Assembly: GCA_963665115.1 (NCBI GenBank) | Contig: OY762007.1 | Span: forward strand, 4,096,001-4,160,000 | Origin: an uncultured Rivularia sp. | GTDB lineage: Bacteria; Cyanobacteriota; Cyanobacteriia; Cyanobacteriales; Nostocaceae | Reading direction: 5' to 3' | Length of the DNA stretch: 64,000 nt | Part shown: in pieces, positions 1 through 12,526 of the stretch | How positions within the stretch are numbered: the first letter of the stretch is position 1 | How the letters are laid out: every line of letters begins with the position of its first letter | Position numbers and translations under genes: made by a program | The notes under the pieces: model-generated | Told to the model about the DNA's origin: nothing | What the model saw: the letters and a program-made list of their open reading frames with translations, nothing else | Databases searched by the model: none

Positions 1-477
1 AAGGTTAAAGGTAATAAGTAGTAGGTAAAATATTATATTTTTTCGTAGTTTAATGGCAAGAAAATCAAACTTTCATATTACGTTGATAAATAGCTGATAA
101 CTGATTGAGGGGGAGCATCCCAATTTTAATTTTGCATAATTAAGATTTTGATTGTCATTGCGAACGAAGTGAAGCAATCTCAAAATGTTGCGATTGCGTC
201 GTTCCACTTTGTTCCACTCGCAATGACAAATAGTATTTTTACACATTTGGGATGCTCCCGATTGAGGTATAGCCGTACACCAAAAATCAATCAGAATTTA
301 ACTGTTATTTATTTTTTAACCTTTGACCTTTAACCTTTAACCTTTGACCTTTAGCCTTATAAATAGTATAAAACTGCGAACAGCAAGGGCATTTGTAGGT
401 AAGTCAACACACATTATATAAAAATATATATTACCTTTATTTAGTGCCTGGGTAGAAATGTAGGGAAATTTTAAGGG

Positions 478-2088
478 ATGGATGGATTATCTTTTTCTTG
501 GGGAAGAAGGATTGTAGCTGTTTGCGTGCGTATATTACTTGCTCTTAGTATTGCTTTTGCAGTAATGCTATTAGTCTACCGATTTGAAAACTGGGAGGCT
601 GTTAATTGTGATAATCCACGATCGGTTTGTTCTCAAGTATTTTCGGTAGTTCAAGTAAAATACGTCCAAGGTTTTAGTATATTATCCGCAGCGTTTTTGT
701 ATGTTTTAGAAAGCCCGGAGCGGATCAGAACCAGAATATACGAAGCTTGGCAAGTAATTGACAATGCCGCAGCAGCTAAGGTTTCAACTAGCTATGCAAG
801 AATTCGAGCTTTAGAATTTTTAAAAGATTATGGGATTTCTTTAGAAAGATTGAATTTAGAAAAAACAGATTTACAACAAATAAATCTGAGTCAAGTTAAT
901 TTGAAAAGTGCTAACCTCTCTTGCGCTGACCTTAGAGAAGCTAAATTTAGAGGAGCTAATCTCAGTTATGCTGACCTTAGCGATGCTGATATAAGTAATG
1001 CAAATTTTAAAGGTGCTAAATTCAACAATGCAAACCTTGAAGGTGCAAATTTGAATAATGCGGACCTTAGAAGTGTAAGCTTCAGTTTTGCCAACCTTAG
1101 AAGTACTAGTCTCAGGGGCGCTCTTTTAGAAAATGCGATTTTCAAAGATGCCGACCTTAAAGGTAGTTTATATAACGAAAACACTAAGTTTCCGGAAGAT
1201 TTCAACCCTGACAATTATCAAATGTATCGCATTTCTGCTGATGCCAAGCTTAGAGATGCCAATCTTAGAGATACCAACCTTAGCAATGCAAATCTAAGAG
1301 GTGCTGATTTAACTAATTCCGACTTGAGAAAAGCAGACCTTAGAGGCGTAGATTTAAAAGATGCCAAACTTTCAGGTGCCAATATTAGAGGTGCAGACCT
1401 TAGAGATGCTAAACTCACTGGTGCGATACTAAAAGGTTGTTTATACAACGAAAAAACGAAGTTTTCCAAAAACTTTACACCTGGGAATCATCAGATGTAC
1501 CTGATTTCTCCCAATGCTAATCTCCAAGATGCTGACTTAGCGAATGCTCATCTTAGCGGTGCCCACTTAACGATCGCCAATCTTAGAGATACTAACTTAG
1601 CTCGTGCAAACCTCCGAGGTTCAAATCTTAGCGATGCAGACCTTAGAGGTGCTAATCTTGTTAGTGCGAATCTCAGGGGGACAAATTTGATTCGCGCAGA
1701 CCTTAGAGGAGCATACATTAAAGGTTGTTTGTACGATGAGAAAACTAAGTTTCCTCAAAATTTCTCTATGACAGGTTTCAAAACTTTTTTAATTGCTCCT
1801 AATACCGATCTCAAGGATGCCAATCTTAGATACGCAAATCTTAGAGATGCAGACCTGAGTAATGCCGATTTAACCAACGCAAAACTTAATAGTGCCGACT
1901 TAAGAAACGCAAACCTCAGCAATGCGAACCTTGGTGGTGTGAATATCAAAAATGCGAATCTTAATGGCACTAATTTGACTAATGCCCAAAATTTAACCAA
2001 AGAACAGGTTAAGTTAGCCGCTAATTGGGATAAGGCAATATACGATGAAGAATTTCTGGTGATATTGGGTTTACCTGTGGAAGAGTGA
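478..2088 (+). CDS. Pentapeptide repeat protein with N-terminal membrane anchor
   Basis: Long A(D/N)Lxx runs, broken three times by a G(C/S)LY(N/D)ExTKF spacer; hydrophobic N-terminus. Confidence 0.9.
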   Translation: MDGLSFSWGRRIVAVCVRILLALSIAFAVMLLVYRFENWEAVNCDNPRSVCSQVFSVVQVKYVQGFSILSAAFLYVLESPERIRTRIYEAWQVIDNAAAAKVSTSYARIRALEFLKDYGISLERLNLEKTDLQQINLSQVNLKSANLSCADLREAKFRGANLSYADLSDADISNANFKGAKFNNANLEGANLNNADLRSVSFSFANLRSTSLRGALLENAIFKDADLKGSLYNENTKFPEDFNPDNYQMYRISADAKLRDANLRDTNLSNANLRGADLTNSDLRKADLRGVDLKDAKLSGANIRGADLRDAKLTGAILKGCLYNEKTKFSKNFTPGNHQMYLISPNANLQDADLANAHLSGAHLTIANLRDTNLARANLRGSNLSDADLRGANLVSANLRGTNLIRADLRGAYIKGCLYDEKTKFPQNFSMTGFKTFLIAPNTDLKDANLRYANLRDADLSNADLTNAKLNSADLRNANLSNANLGGVNIKNANLNGTNLTNAQNLTKEQVKLAANWDKAIYDEEFLVILGLPVEE

Positions 2089-2189
2089 GCAGCGAGTAAT
2101 AACTATTTAATTTTTGGTTTTTGTTTCTTATGTCTAATTCATCATTTATAATTACTTATTCCCTATAATTGCCATTGGTATCTTAAATA

Positions 2190-2744
2190 TTGGCTATGAA
2201 TTGGAATAAACTTTTGCAGCCCGACTTGATTTTGGAAGGTTCTATCTTAAACCTGACACTAGAAATTATTCAGCAGTACGAACTCAAAGGATTAGTGTTA
2301 GACGTAGATGAAACTTTGGTTCCCATAACTGTAGCTTTTGCTTCTAACGAGCTACAAGAATGGATAAATCAAATTCGTCCTTTGGTAAAAATTTGGCTGG
2401 TAAGTAACAACGTCAGCGAAAACCGCATCGGTTCTATTGCTCGTTCTCTTGACTTACCTTACTATATCAGTGCCGCTAAACCCTCGCGACGCAAGATTAG
2501 ACAAGCACTTGAACAAATGGACTTACCCGCACATCAAGTTGCAATGGTTGGCGATCGCCTTTTTACTGATGTAGTTGTGGGGAATCGCTTGGATATGTTT
2601 TCCATCTTGGTTGAACCAATTATTCATCCCGATACTGCTATGCGTTTTCACCCTATACGTAATGTTGAAGTTTTGATATCCGAAATTTTGGGAGCCTCTA
2701 TTACTCCTAAAAAGCGGAGAGTTACAAATGTTGACAAAAGTTGA
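2190..2744 (+). CDS. yqeG: YqeG-family HAD IIIA phosphatase
   Basis: LVLDVDETL, SNN, AAKP and VGDRLFTDV motifs; upstream of proB. Confidence 0.88.
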   Translation: MAMNWNKLLQPDLILEGSILNLTLEIIQQYELKGLVLDVDETLVPITVAFASNELQEWINQIRPLVKIWLVSNNVSENRIGSIARSLDLPYYISAAKPSRRKIRQALEQMDLPAHQVAMVGDRLFTDVVVGNRLDMFSILVEPIIHPDTAMRFHPIRNVEVLISEILGASITPKKRRVTNVDKS

Positions 2745-3000
2745 GAATACAAAACCTAAAGAAATCATAAAAAATCAAAAGTAACCTATCTACAGGTGTA
2801 ATTATATAGATAGATAAAACGGAGTCAGCTATATAAAGACTCTGCCCATAATAAGAATAAACATATTTGTAAAGCGTCAACCTTCACTTTTTAGAGGGAT
2901 TGGCGCTTTATATTTTTGGTTATTTGTTGCAAAGGCAATTGCAAAGGCTTATCTTCTTTTTTAAGACGAAAGACATTGCTTGACAAATAACAAATAAAAA

Positions 3001-4112
3001 ATGAATCAAATAATTGTTGTTAAAATTGGCACTTCTAGCTTAACTCGTCCCGAAACCGGACAATTAGCACTTTCTACAATTGCGAGTTTGGCTGAAACTC
3101 TTTGCAATTTGAGACGAAATAATCATAAAGTCATTTTGGTTTCTTCTGGTGCTGTGGGTGTAGGTTGTGCGCGACTGGGTTTAAGCGAACGTCCCCTAAA
3201 GCAATTAGTGTTAAACAAGCGGTTGCAGCAGTTGGGCAAGGACGATTAATGCGGGTTTATGACGATTTATTTACCAGCTTGCAACAACCTATCGCTCAAG
3301 TTTTACTTACTCGTACCGATCTAGTACAGCGCAGTCGCTATCTTAATGTCTACAATACTTTTCAGGAATTATTGAAGTTAGACGTTATCCCAGTAGTCAA
3401 TGAAAACGATACTGTTGCGGTAGAAGAACTAAAATTCGGCGATAACGATACTCTTTCAGCTTTAGTTGCTAGTTTAGTACGCGCAGATTGGCTGTTTTTG
3501 CTCACGGATGTAGATAGACTTTATTCTGCCGATCCTCGCTCTGTACCTGATGCAAAACCGATAACTTTAGTAAGCAGCATTGAAGAATTAACTAAATTAC
3601 AGGTAGAAACAGGAACTTCGGGTTCTCAATGGGGTACGGGTGGAATGGCAACAAAGATTTCTGCCGCCAGAATTGCCACTGCTGCTGGGGTTAGAACAGT
3701 AATTACCGAAGGTAAACAGCCCTCCAATATTCAAAAAATCATCCAGGGAAAGTCGATAGGTACGCAGTTTGAACCACAACCAGAACCAACTTCAGCCCGC
3801 AAAAGGTGGATAGCATACGGCTTAGTTCCAGAAGGTAAATTATATTTGGATGCAGGTGCGGAGGTTGCAATTTCTGGTGGAGGAAAATCTTTGTTAGCTG
3901 CCGGAATTACAGCAGTAGAAGGAGAATTCAAGCAAAATGAAGCCGTACAGTTGTGCGATCGCGATGGTAAAGAAATCGCACGAGGGTTAGTTAATTACAG
4001 TAGCAGCGAACTGGAAAAAATACGCGGAAAACGTTCGAGTGAAATTCCCATAATTTTGGGTTATCAAGGTGTGGAAACGGTTGTACATCGAGATAATTTA
4101 GTGTTGATTTGA
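3001..4112 (+). CDS. proB: Glutamate 5-kinase (apparent frameshift at C-run 3193-3196, probably a sequencing error)
   Basis: [37 protein letters not shown] and a PUA domain, spread over ORFs 3001-3249 and 3165-4112. Confidence 0.92.
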
Positions 4113-4434
4113 AAAAAGGAAATAGGGAATAGGTAACGGGGAGCAAAAGGAAAAGAATATTTTCTAATTAAAATTACCAAAACTGAAGCGAACAAAGTTT
4201 TTATTTTAGTTAAGAAATTTCTATAAGTTTAAAATATTTTATTGTTAATCAAGCAACAAAATTCATAAACCATTCAGTGCAATTTAACAAGAGCATTATT
4301 GAATATATTTAGGAAAAATATCCGATTTATTCCTATTTTTTATTTATCTATCTACTCTCACAACACACTTAGGGTAGATGTGAGTATAACTAATGAACAA
4401 TTAAATTATATTGTGTTGCTTCTTCATAGCTATA

Positions 4435-5145
4435 ATGCTAACTCAACAAAGTTTAAAAGATGTCTTTTATTGCCCAGAAGAATCTGAGTTCTACTCTCAA
4501 TGCATCAAAGAGATAATACTCAAACAATGCAATAACGCTGAAATTGTTGTCGAATTTGGTTCTGGTGATGGTACTCCAGTCATTAATTCTTTACTTGAAA
4601 CAAAATTCAAAGGTAAAATTTATGGATTTGAATTAAACGAATCAGCTTACGAAGTCGCTAAATCTAACGTTCGTAAGCACGAATTAGACAGTAAATACAT
4701 AGTCAAGAATCAAAGCTTTTTTAGTTCGTTGAATAAGAATGCTGAGTACCTGATATCAAACCCACCATATCTTCCTGCAATAGACAATAAAATTTATCAG
4801 CCATTATTGCATGGTGGTATCGATGGTTCAGATATTGCCAGAAAGCTTTTATCTTTAAATTATGAAAATGTATTGCTGATGGTGTCTAGCTATTCTAATC
4901 CGCAAAGCTTAATTGAATATGCTATATCCCAGGGTTATTCTACTGGGAACTTTATGATTTCGCCTTTAAAGTTTGGTTATTACAGTTCAGAACCAAAAGT
5001 TAAAAACACTATTTTAGAAATGCAAAAAAAAGGTCTGGCTTTTTACTCAGATAACATCTATCTTTTGGCCGGAGTTTTATTTACTCGGAATCAGATGACA
5101 GTCGATTTATCTTCCGAACTAATTCAAGTAATGACTTCTTTGTGA
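4435..5145 (+). CDS. Class I SAM-dependent methyltransferase (HemK/PrmC-like NPPY motif)
   Basis: VEFGSGDG motif I; ISNPPYLP motif IV; start taken at ATG 4435. Confidence 0.8.
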   Translation: MLTQQSLKDVFYCPEESEFYSQCIKEIILKQCNNAEIVVEFGSGDGTPVINSLLETKFKGKIYGFELNESAYEVAKSNVRKHELDSKYIVKNQSFFSSLNKNAEYLISNPPYLPAIDNKIYQPLLHGGIDGSDIARKLLSLNYENVLLMVSSYSNPQSLIEYAISQGYSTGNFMISPLKFGYYSSEPKVKNTILEMQKKGLAFYSDNIYLLAGVLFTRNQMTVDLSSELIQVMTSL

Positions 5146-5357
5146 AAAGGAATGGGGATTGGGGATTGGTAATTGGTAATTGGTAATTGGTAATTGGTAA
5201 TTGGGCATAGGGCATAACTTGTAGTGGGAGCGAGACGCTCCCTTTCCCCCAATCTCCCCTTGTCCCCTTGTCCCCTTGTCTCCCAATCTCCCCATGCCCC
5301 ATGACGGCAGTTCCTACAACGGAGGGAACCTCCGCAACGGACTGCCTCCCCAATTCC

Positions 5358-6446
5358 CTAATCCCTTTCACGCATATCGGCTTCTTTGACTAATTGAGTC
5401 ACGGCTTTACCAGCGCGAGAACTTAAGAACTTTTGTTGTTCGTAGCCAAGCAACATTTCCCAAGCATCTGAAGGATATTGATCGACGAGAGGTAATGCGA
5501 CATCATCTAACATCCATTTTCCATGTAGTTCGTCTACTTTGATATGGATATCCCAATAACTCATCTCTTCTGTTGATAATCCGAGACGCTTTCCGGCTGC
5601 TTGATAGGGACGAAATCCTGACGGTACGGAAAGTTCTCCGTACAAAAGCCCGCCGATATAGCGCAGAAAATAGCGCTTTCGTTCGCTAAGTACGAAGCTA
5701 TGATTGATTATTGCTAATAATTCCCAAGGAACCAAATCAAAGTATGCTTCCGGTTGGGTATCCATTCCTAGTTTTTCCAGCATTGTTGTAAAGTGTGAAG
5801 AATGCTTGCGACTAAAACGGCCGCCACCGTATTCTTCTACTAACAACCGCGTTAGTACCGAATGAATTTCATTTCCTACACCACCTAAAGTCCGAGAAAG
5901 TTGACTCGCTTCTACTAATCCATCGAGAGAACCAATTGCTACCAAACAACGGTAGCCAGCCATCGTTAATCGATCGCTGTAATATAAATTATCTTCAGAT
6001 AAAGGTGGTTCGATATCGGCTGCAACTCTTTGGCTTAATGCTTTTTTGACATCTATTCCTTTAAAGGATTTTGTTTGCAGTTGAGCTATTTCCCATTTCT
6101 GCCAAACTGATTCAATTCGATTCCGCAGCTTTTGTAGATAAAAAGAATCTTCGTTTACGTAGTTTTTTAAATCATCGTACCAAAACAGCTTTAACCTATT
6201 GACACGATAAAGTATCCTTTGCAAAAATAAATGTGCGGCATTATCTCCCGATGTTGTTTGATAAGCTGCTTCTAAAGCAAAATCGATGGTTTTTTTGACG
6301 TTATTTATTGTCGAATGCAGTTCCTCTAAACGATTATCTAAATCTTCCGTTAACAGTAGTTCGATGAATTGTTTTTCGGTTTGATCGTAGTTAATCGCGA
6401 CTTTCGTTTTGATGTCAGTAATTGGAAGTGCAGTACTGCTATGCAT
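5358..6446 (-). CDS. Iron-containing redox enzyme (heme-oxygenase-like diiron oxidase, HDO)
   Basis: LLVEEYGGG...KHSSHF, YGEL and YWDIHIKVDELHG ligand pattern. Confidence 0.8.
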   Translation of the reverse strand: MHSSTALPITDIKTKVAINYDQTEKQFIELLLTEDLDNRLEELHSTINNVKKTIDFALEAAYQTTSGDNAAHLFLQRILYRVNRLKLFWYDDLKNYVNEDSFYLQKLRNRIESVWQKWEIAQLQTKSFKGIDVKKALSQRVAADIEPPLSEDNLYYSDRLTMAGYRCLVAIGSLDGLVEASQLSRTLGGVGNEIHSVLTRLLVEEYGGGRFSRKHSSHFTTMLEKLGMDTQPEAYFDLVPWELLAIINHSFVLSERKRYFLRYIGGLLYGELSVPSGFRPYQAAGKRLGLSTEEMSYWDIHIKVDELHGKWMLDDVALPLVDQYPSDAWEMLLGYEQQKFLSSRAGKAVTQLVKEADMRERD

Positions 6447-6495
6447 TTTAAATGATTCTCCTTTGCTGCAATATTCCGTATTATTAGTTAAAGAA

Positions 6496-7266
6496 TTAGG
6501 AATAAGGGCTTACTCTGGGGTGAAGCGAACTAATTAATGTCCAAGCTGCCATGTATGTTCCAGCATAGAGATTTGCATAGTCAGCATTGCTATCTTTTAC
6601 AAACCAGTCAGGTGTAGTTTGCTGCTGTCTAACTCTTTCATCTAAGCCAGTAAGTAATGAAATATTTCCATACACCATGTTTCCGCCAGCCTTTTCTACC
6701 ATTGAATTGACAGAATTTTGTAATAATTCAGCGCGAGCAAACAAAGTGTGATTCGGATGATTGCCGTAAGCGAAAGGCACAATAATAACCAAATAGCCTC
6801 GATCGCTGACTAAGTTTTGCAAACAGAATTTAATGATTTCTTGGTCGTCTTTTTTTTCTAAAGTATTCTTATCGGTGCTGTGAAATAACAAGCCCGCCAT
6901 CACAATTGCATCAAATTTTTGGTTGTTTTCAACCATTTGAGGCATGATAACCGATAAATCCCCGGTTTCAAACTTATTTTGAGAAAAAAGCTTTTTACAA
7001 CGTTCGATTGCTAAATCGCTATGGTCGATACCTAAATAATCGCAGCGCTCTGGCAGATATTTACATAAAGCTGCATTTCCGCATCCCAAATCTAATAAAG
7101 AGAATGATTCTTGGGGAAATGCGTCATTCAAAAAACAAACTGTGGGTTTATATCTTGGTGTATTTTCCGGTGACTCTAGATATGAATAATAGTCATCTTG
7201 AAAACGTTCTTCTTCAGTTGTATTTCTATCTGGTGGTGCTTGTTGCATGAGGATTGTTCTTGACAA
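6496..7266 (-). CDS. Class I SAM-dependent methyltransferase
   Basis: LLDLGCGNA, YLGIDHS, FDAIV motifs; 49 bp upstream of the HDO gene on the same strand. Confidence 0.82.
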   Translation of the reverse strand: MSRTILMQQAPPDRNTTEEERFQDDYYSYLESPENTPRYKPTVCFLNDAFPQESFSLLDLGCGNAALCKYLPERCDYLGIDHSDLAIERCKKLFSQNKFETGDLSVIMPQMVENNQKFDAIVMAGLLFHSTDKNTLEKKDDQEIIKFCLQNLVSDRGYLVIIVPFAYGNHPNHTLFARAELLQNSVNSMVEKAGGNMVYGNISLLTGLDERVRQQQTTPDWFVKDSNADYANLYAGTYMAAWTLISSLHPRVSPYS

Positions 7267-7426
7267 ACAAAGTTATTATTAAACATTCCTCGAAAAATTT
7301 TATCACCCCAGAGACATTATTAATATTTTGGTAAATTTAATCGAAAATAATCGCGATGATACTTCCCAAGATGCATGACAAGTTGGGAAGTTAGGCGAAT
7401 CGGGTATAAATTAAGATTAAGGGAAC

Positions 7427-7531
7427 AGGGAGTAGGGAGTAGGGAGTAGGAAGTAGGAAGTAAGGAGTAGAAAGTAGGAAGTAGGAAGTAGGAAGTAAGG
7501 AGTAGAAAGTAGGAAGTAGGAAGTAGGAAGT
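7427..7531. repeat. Heptamer short tandem repeats (GTAGGGA/GTAGGAA, STRR type)
   Basis: Visible tandem heptamers; similar tracts at ~5150-5210, ~12590-12750, ~14208-14302 and ~29635-29690. Confidence 0.9.
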
Positions 7532-7936
7532 AAAGCTAAGGCTTTGCAGTCAATGTCAATTTAAATTCTGTAACATATCGTTTATTTTGGCTGACTTCTT
7601 TAGATTGCAAGTCCTATTTTTTTAAGATTAATAAATAAGTTTATAGCAGTACCTGGTACGCTGAAGTATCGAAGACAAACGGTTGTAAAGCTTACTATAC
7701 AACGGTTGCGATCTTTAATAACGCTATAACAATAACTAATATTGTCTTTTTCCTCTGTTCCCCGTTCCCCGTTCCCTATTCCCTCTTTAACGACTATTTG
7801 ATGCCGCATAGCAAGCCATAAAGATTAAGCAAAAAGCGCGATGATTTTAGATTGCGTGCATCATAGAGCGAATTACTACCATTACACGCAATCATTTTTC
7901 GGTTAATCGCCATTAAATTCTTATAATTCCCAATTA

Positions 7937-9005
7937 TTAAAGTGCTTCTGGTGGAGCAATATCAGAACCAATGGTTATTCCAGCATTGCTAGATTTAATT
8001 CCTGGTTTTGCACTGATTTCTTTGTGTTTGAATGATTTGGAGACTTGTGAAGCAGGAGTTACTTCATTGGTATCTACTGGTTTCTCAGCTTTGGTTTGCT
8101 GTACTAGAGATAATCCTCCAACGGCACCAGCTACAAGTGCTGTATAACCGACGTACAGATGCATCGGGCTGATATCTAGTCCCAATTTTGGAGTCTTTTT
8201 ATCGGACTGAAACAATGAAGGAACTAGAGATTCTTGTGTTTCTGATGATGGTAGAGATCCAGCTAAAGCAGTACCGTTAAATCCTAAAGCATTACCCATG
8301 ACTCGAATAAAACCACGAACGTATACTTCTGCTGGTAAGGATTCCATGTCACCTCTTTCCACTGCTTCCATCTGACGTACTGGAATGTGAGTATACATTT
8401 GCAGATCGTTCATACAAAGCCCTCGGGCTTCTCTACCTTTTTTCAACTGTTGACCGATTTCGCGAAACTTTTCTAAGCGTTGTTCAACTCTTGCTTGCTT
8501 AGCAATTTCTGCTTTGGAAGGTTTTCCAGAATTGAGCCATTTCAAAGGATTACTATTTTTCGAGGTATCTTGAGGATTGGCTGCTGTTGTCCGTGTTATT
8601 GCAGTTTCTTGGGCTGATGCTTCTTGTTTAACAATATTGGTAGTTGCAGATGGTTGAACAGCTGTCAAACATTTAGATAATTCGCTACTTGGTGGCTCCG
8701 AAGTTATTTCTATTTCAATATCTTCTTCAATTTCTGGGGTGGTATTTGCGGCTGCCTGACTGTGCAAGGAAAGCTGACGAAAAGCGACACCAATCGCTTC
8801 TCTTCCGATTGCTTTAAACAAAAGCTTTGCTTGTTCCGATGAAGGGCCCGAGCAACTTCTGTACTGTCGCTATAGCACGACGGTAAACTTTGCTATTGTG
8901 TAATTCTGTTTCTATTTCACTTAAGAGCGATCGCAATTCATCTTGAGAAATTTCAATTGTGGGTTGTCCGGGAACGGATAGAGAATATATAGATGTCATG
9001 ACCAT
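7937..9005 (-). CDS. RodZ-like Cro/C1 HTH protein (apparent frameshift at 8844-8849)
   Basis: IGQQLKKGRE...LPAEVYVRGFIR HTH; ORFs 8814-9005 and 7937-8821 join if one base is removed at GGGCCC. Confidence 0.75.
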
Positions 9006-9994
9006 AATTACAGTGAGTAAATGAAGAGTACTTGAGCAAGAACGTAGTTTTACCTGTGTAATTTATTCTCACTTTTCTTGACATTTCCGGATTGTTGCGT
9101 ATAAACTCTATATCCTTTTGGGAAAAAAATGATAATGTCTAGAGCAGAAGCTTTTTGCTATCATCCGTAATTAGTAATCTAGATTTCATAAGTATTTTTT
9201 TGTTCCCAATCTCTGCACAATGACTGCAATTGCTACGATTGCAAGAGCCTTATCTCCATCTTATTGATAGAGTCCGCGTATATTTTGTTTCTATCCATGT
9301 ACTGAGCAAACATCGGAATTATTTATGACAAGTATTGATTATTAAATTATGCTAAGCAGTTAGATCAAATAGTAATTTCAATTGTTTATTCGATAAAATT
9401 GTTTTATATTAGATACAAGTATTACCTCAGAGGGATGACAATTTTTCTTAGAGAATAATCTAGTTTATATTGTTAGCCACAAATTCAACCAACACTTACA
9501 TTCGGGAATATTAAAAAATATGTAATTTTTTTTGCTAAGAGAATTAATTTTAAAAGCTAGCCCATAGAAGCTATGATTACATCCACTATTAGTATTAATA
9601 TATTTTTATAGTTGTTAAGAATTGCATTAGATTTTAGTTGTCAAACTATCTATAATCTCTTAACTAACTGCAACAAATGTAAATAATTTTGGTTTATTCT
9701 TGGTTGAAGATGAAAAATTATTACATAAAGGCGATCGCGATATTAGTGTATTTTAGTCATAAAGTTTGGCTCTGTGTTTTAACTAATAAGACATAAAAGC
9801 TAAACGAGCGAAACTTGATATATGAGATTGGGGTGCGGCAATCGTGGCGTGCTTTTTAATAAGTAGCGTTGCGATCGAAATGTATTATTGAAAAATAATT
9901 TTTGATAATTTTAGGTGAAAAGTTGTATTCCGTACATCTTTTTCAGTAATTTCTCTGTTGAATATAAGACATTAAAGACTACTGGGAGACGACA

Positions 9995-10774
9995 GTGAAT
10001 CTGTTAAACGAAGAACAAGGGGAGAAACTTAAGGAGATAACCAAAAAATTAAAGCAAATAAGAGAACAAAAAGGGATAGATATAGAGCAAATAGCAGCCA
10101 AAATACTTGTCCGACCTGTTTTTTTAAATGCTTTAGAGGAAGGAAGATTTGAGGAATTACCCGAAGCAGTCTACATACAAGGATTCGTCCGTCGCTATGG
10201 AGACGCTATAGGAATTGACGGTACAGCTATAGGTCAAGAATTTGGGGCTATTGCTTGTCCTCCGCCGATACCCAGGGACAATAATGATGTAAGCAGTAAA
10301 GGAAATTTATACGTACCTTTAGCAGTACCTTACGTTTTATTAATAATTGCTGCTTCTTTGGGGTTATTTTACGTATTAGGTCCCAAACCAGCAGAACAAA
10401 CTGTTAGTCAAAATCAATATTCATCCAACGTTTCGGAACAAAAAAACCAGCCAAAACCCAAAGCTTCAACTTCACCAGTAACATCAAAGCCAAAACCAGC
10501 ACCAACACCAACACCAAAACCCATTGAAGGTGTAGAAGTTAGTTTAGACTTAAAAGATGAATCCTGGGTAAGAGTAATAACCGACGGTAAAAAAGTATTT
10601 GAAGGAACATTGCTCAAAGGAGACAAAAAAAACTTTAATGCTAAAGAAACATTAGAAATACGTTCTGGGAATCCAGGTGCAGTACTTGTTTCCGTGAATC
10701 AAAACAAACCCGTTCCGTTAGGTCCTCCTAATATGCCGAAGACAGTTACTTACACACCCGACTTTGGGGAGTGA
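9995..10774 (+). CDS. rodZ: RodZ-family protein (HTH, TM helix, DUF4115)
   Basis: LEEGRFEELPEAVYIQGFVRRY HTH, one TM helix, Pro-rich linker, SWVRVITDGKKVFEG C-terminal domain. Confidence 0.8.
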   Translation: MNLLNEEQGEKLKEITKKLKQIREQKGIDIEQIAAKILVRPVFLNALEEGRFEELPEAVYIQGFVRRYGDAIGIDGTAIGQEFGAIACPPPIPRDNNDVSSKGNLYVPLAVPYVLLIIAASLGLFYVLGPKPAEQTVSQNQYSSNVSEQKNQPKPKASTSPVTSKPKPAPTPTPKPIEGVEVSLDLKDESWVRVITDGKKVFEGTLLKGDKKNFNAKETLEIRSGNPGAVLVSVNQNKPVPLGPPNMPKTVTYTPDFGE

Positions 10775-11062
10775 GGAGATGGGTTCACAAGTAATAATTA
10801 GTAAGTAAAAAGTAATAAGTAACACCTCTCCCACTCATGGTAGAGGATTCAAGTAATGAATGCAGGTTTTTATCGTCTTTAAAAGACGAGGCTTTATACC
10901 ATACTTCGGGCAATATTTATTACTTTTTACTTCTAACTTCTAACTTCTAACTTAAGCCCGAAGGGATGGGGTAAACAAAGCAGGGGAGGCAGGAGACGCA
11001 GAGGAGGAATTAATTTTTTTATTTTCTTCCTCCGCTCCCTCCGCCCTTCTAACTGCTGAGTG

Positions 11063-12526
11063 TTAACTGATTAAAGCTGGTGTACGTAAATGCCAATCTG
11101 TAGCTTGTTCGTATGCATAAGCTACTTGAAATAGCTGATCTTCTCGCAGTAGTTTACCGATTAATTGCAGTCCGATTGGGATTCCTTCGTCGTTGAAACC
11201 GCAGGGAATGCTTATACCTGGTAAACCGGCTAAGTTTACGGGAATCGTCATCAAGTCAGTTAAATACATATTGAGAGGATCTGAAGTTTTTTCCCCTGTT
11301 TTAAATGCTGCTATTGGTGCGGTGGGACAAACTAATACATCAACTTGTTTAAAGGCGTTGTCAAAGTCTTGCTTAATTAATGTACGAACTTTTTGAGCTT
11401 TTAAATAATAAGCGTCATAATAACCCGCACTCAAGGTATAAGTACCAATCATAATGCGGCGCTTTACTTCTGCACCAAAACCTGTGGAGCGGGTGCGAGT
11501 ATACATCGATAAAAGATCGTCGGCTTCTTCTGCTCGATAACCATATTTAACTCCATCGTAACGAGCCAGGTTTGCTGATGCTTCAGATGGAGCAATTATG
11601 TAATAACTAGGTAAACCGTAACGGAATCTGGGACAGGAAATAACGTGAATTTCTGCACCTAATTCTTGTAAGGTATCAATGGCTTTAGTAACTGCTTTTT
11701 CAACTTGCGAGTCTAAACCTTCACCAAATGTCTCCTTAATAATACCGATTCGTAGTTTGCCTCTAGGCTTTAAATTGTTTTTTAAACTTTGGGTATATTT
11801 AGGTATAGAAACTTTTAAACTGGTAGAATCTTTGGGGTCATATCCCGCAATTTCACTTAGAAGTATCGCTGCATCTTCTACAGTGCGAGAAAATGGACCA
11901 ATTTGGTCTAAGGAGGAAGCAAAGGCTACCAAACCATAACGAGAAACCAGTCCGTAAGTTGGTTTCATTCCTACTACACCGCAGAAAGATGCGGGTAGAC
12001 GAATTGAACCTCCGGTATCGGAACCAAGAGAAACAGTGCATTCTTGAGCCGCTACAGCCGCTGCTGAGCCACCGGAGGAACCGCCGGGAACCCTAGATAA
12101 GTCCCAGGGATTAGCTGTCGTTTTGTAGGCAGAAGTTTCGCAAGAACTACCCATAGCAAACTCATCTAAGTTGGTTTTACCCACCATGACAGCGCCAGCC
12201 GAAGCGAGTTTTTGCGTAACGGTTGATTCGTAGGGCGGTATAAAATTTTCAAGAAACTTTGAAGCACAGGTAGTAGGAATTCCTTTGGTACACATATTGT
12301 CTTTGATACCAATGGGAATTCCTGCGAGCAAACCAATTTGTTCCCCTGCGGCGATTTTGGCATCCACAAGTCGCGCTTGCTCCAAGGCTTTCTCTTGGGT
12401 TACGTGTAAGAAACTATTAACTTTCGGCTCCAATTTTTCAATCCGATTCAAAGCTTCCTGGGCGATTTCAACCGCAGAGCGTTCTTTATTAACTAACTGA
12501 TTGTGCAATTCGCGTATGGATGCCAT
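11063..12526 (-). CDS. gatA: Asp/Glu-tRNA amidotransferase subunit A
   Basis: [46 protein letters not shown]. Confidence 0.97.
   Translation of the reverse strand: MASIRELHNQLVNKERSAVEIAQEALNRIEKLEPKVNSFLHVTQEKALEQARLVDAKIAAGEQIGLLAGIPIGIKDNMCTKGIPTTCASKFLENFIPPYESTVTQKLASAGAVMVGKTNLDEFAMGSSCETSAYKTTANPWDLSRVPGGSSGGSAAAVAAQECTVSLGSDTGGSIRLPASFCGVVGMKPTYGLVSRYGLVAFASSLDQIGPFSRTVEDAAILLSEIAGYDPKDSTSLKVSIPKYTQSLKNNLKPRGKLRIGIIKETFGEGLDSQVEKAVTKAIDTLQELGAEIHVISCPRFRYGLPSYYIIAPSEASANLARYDGVKYGYRAEEADDLLSMYTRTRSTGFGAEVKRRIMIGTYTLSAGYYDAYYLKAQKVRTLIKQDFDNAFKQVDVLVCPTAPIAAFKTGEKTSDPLNMYLTDLMTIPVNLAGLPGISIPCGFNDEGIPIGLQLIGKLLREDQLFQVAYAYEQATDWHLRTPALIS

Noticed and set aside
5081..5371. Short ORFs built from repeats (also 148-333, 12590-12784, 17492-17698)
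   Set aside because: Translations of STRR, REP-like or tandem repeats with no coding signal
9006..9994. ncRNA in the ~1-kb intergenic region between the two HTH genes
   Set aside because: AT-rich with no recognisable structured RNA; I recognised no tRNA or rRNA anywhere in the window
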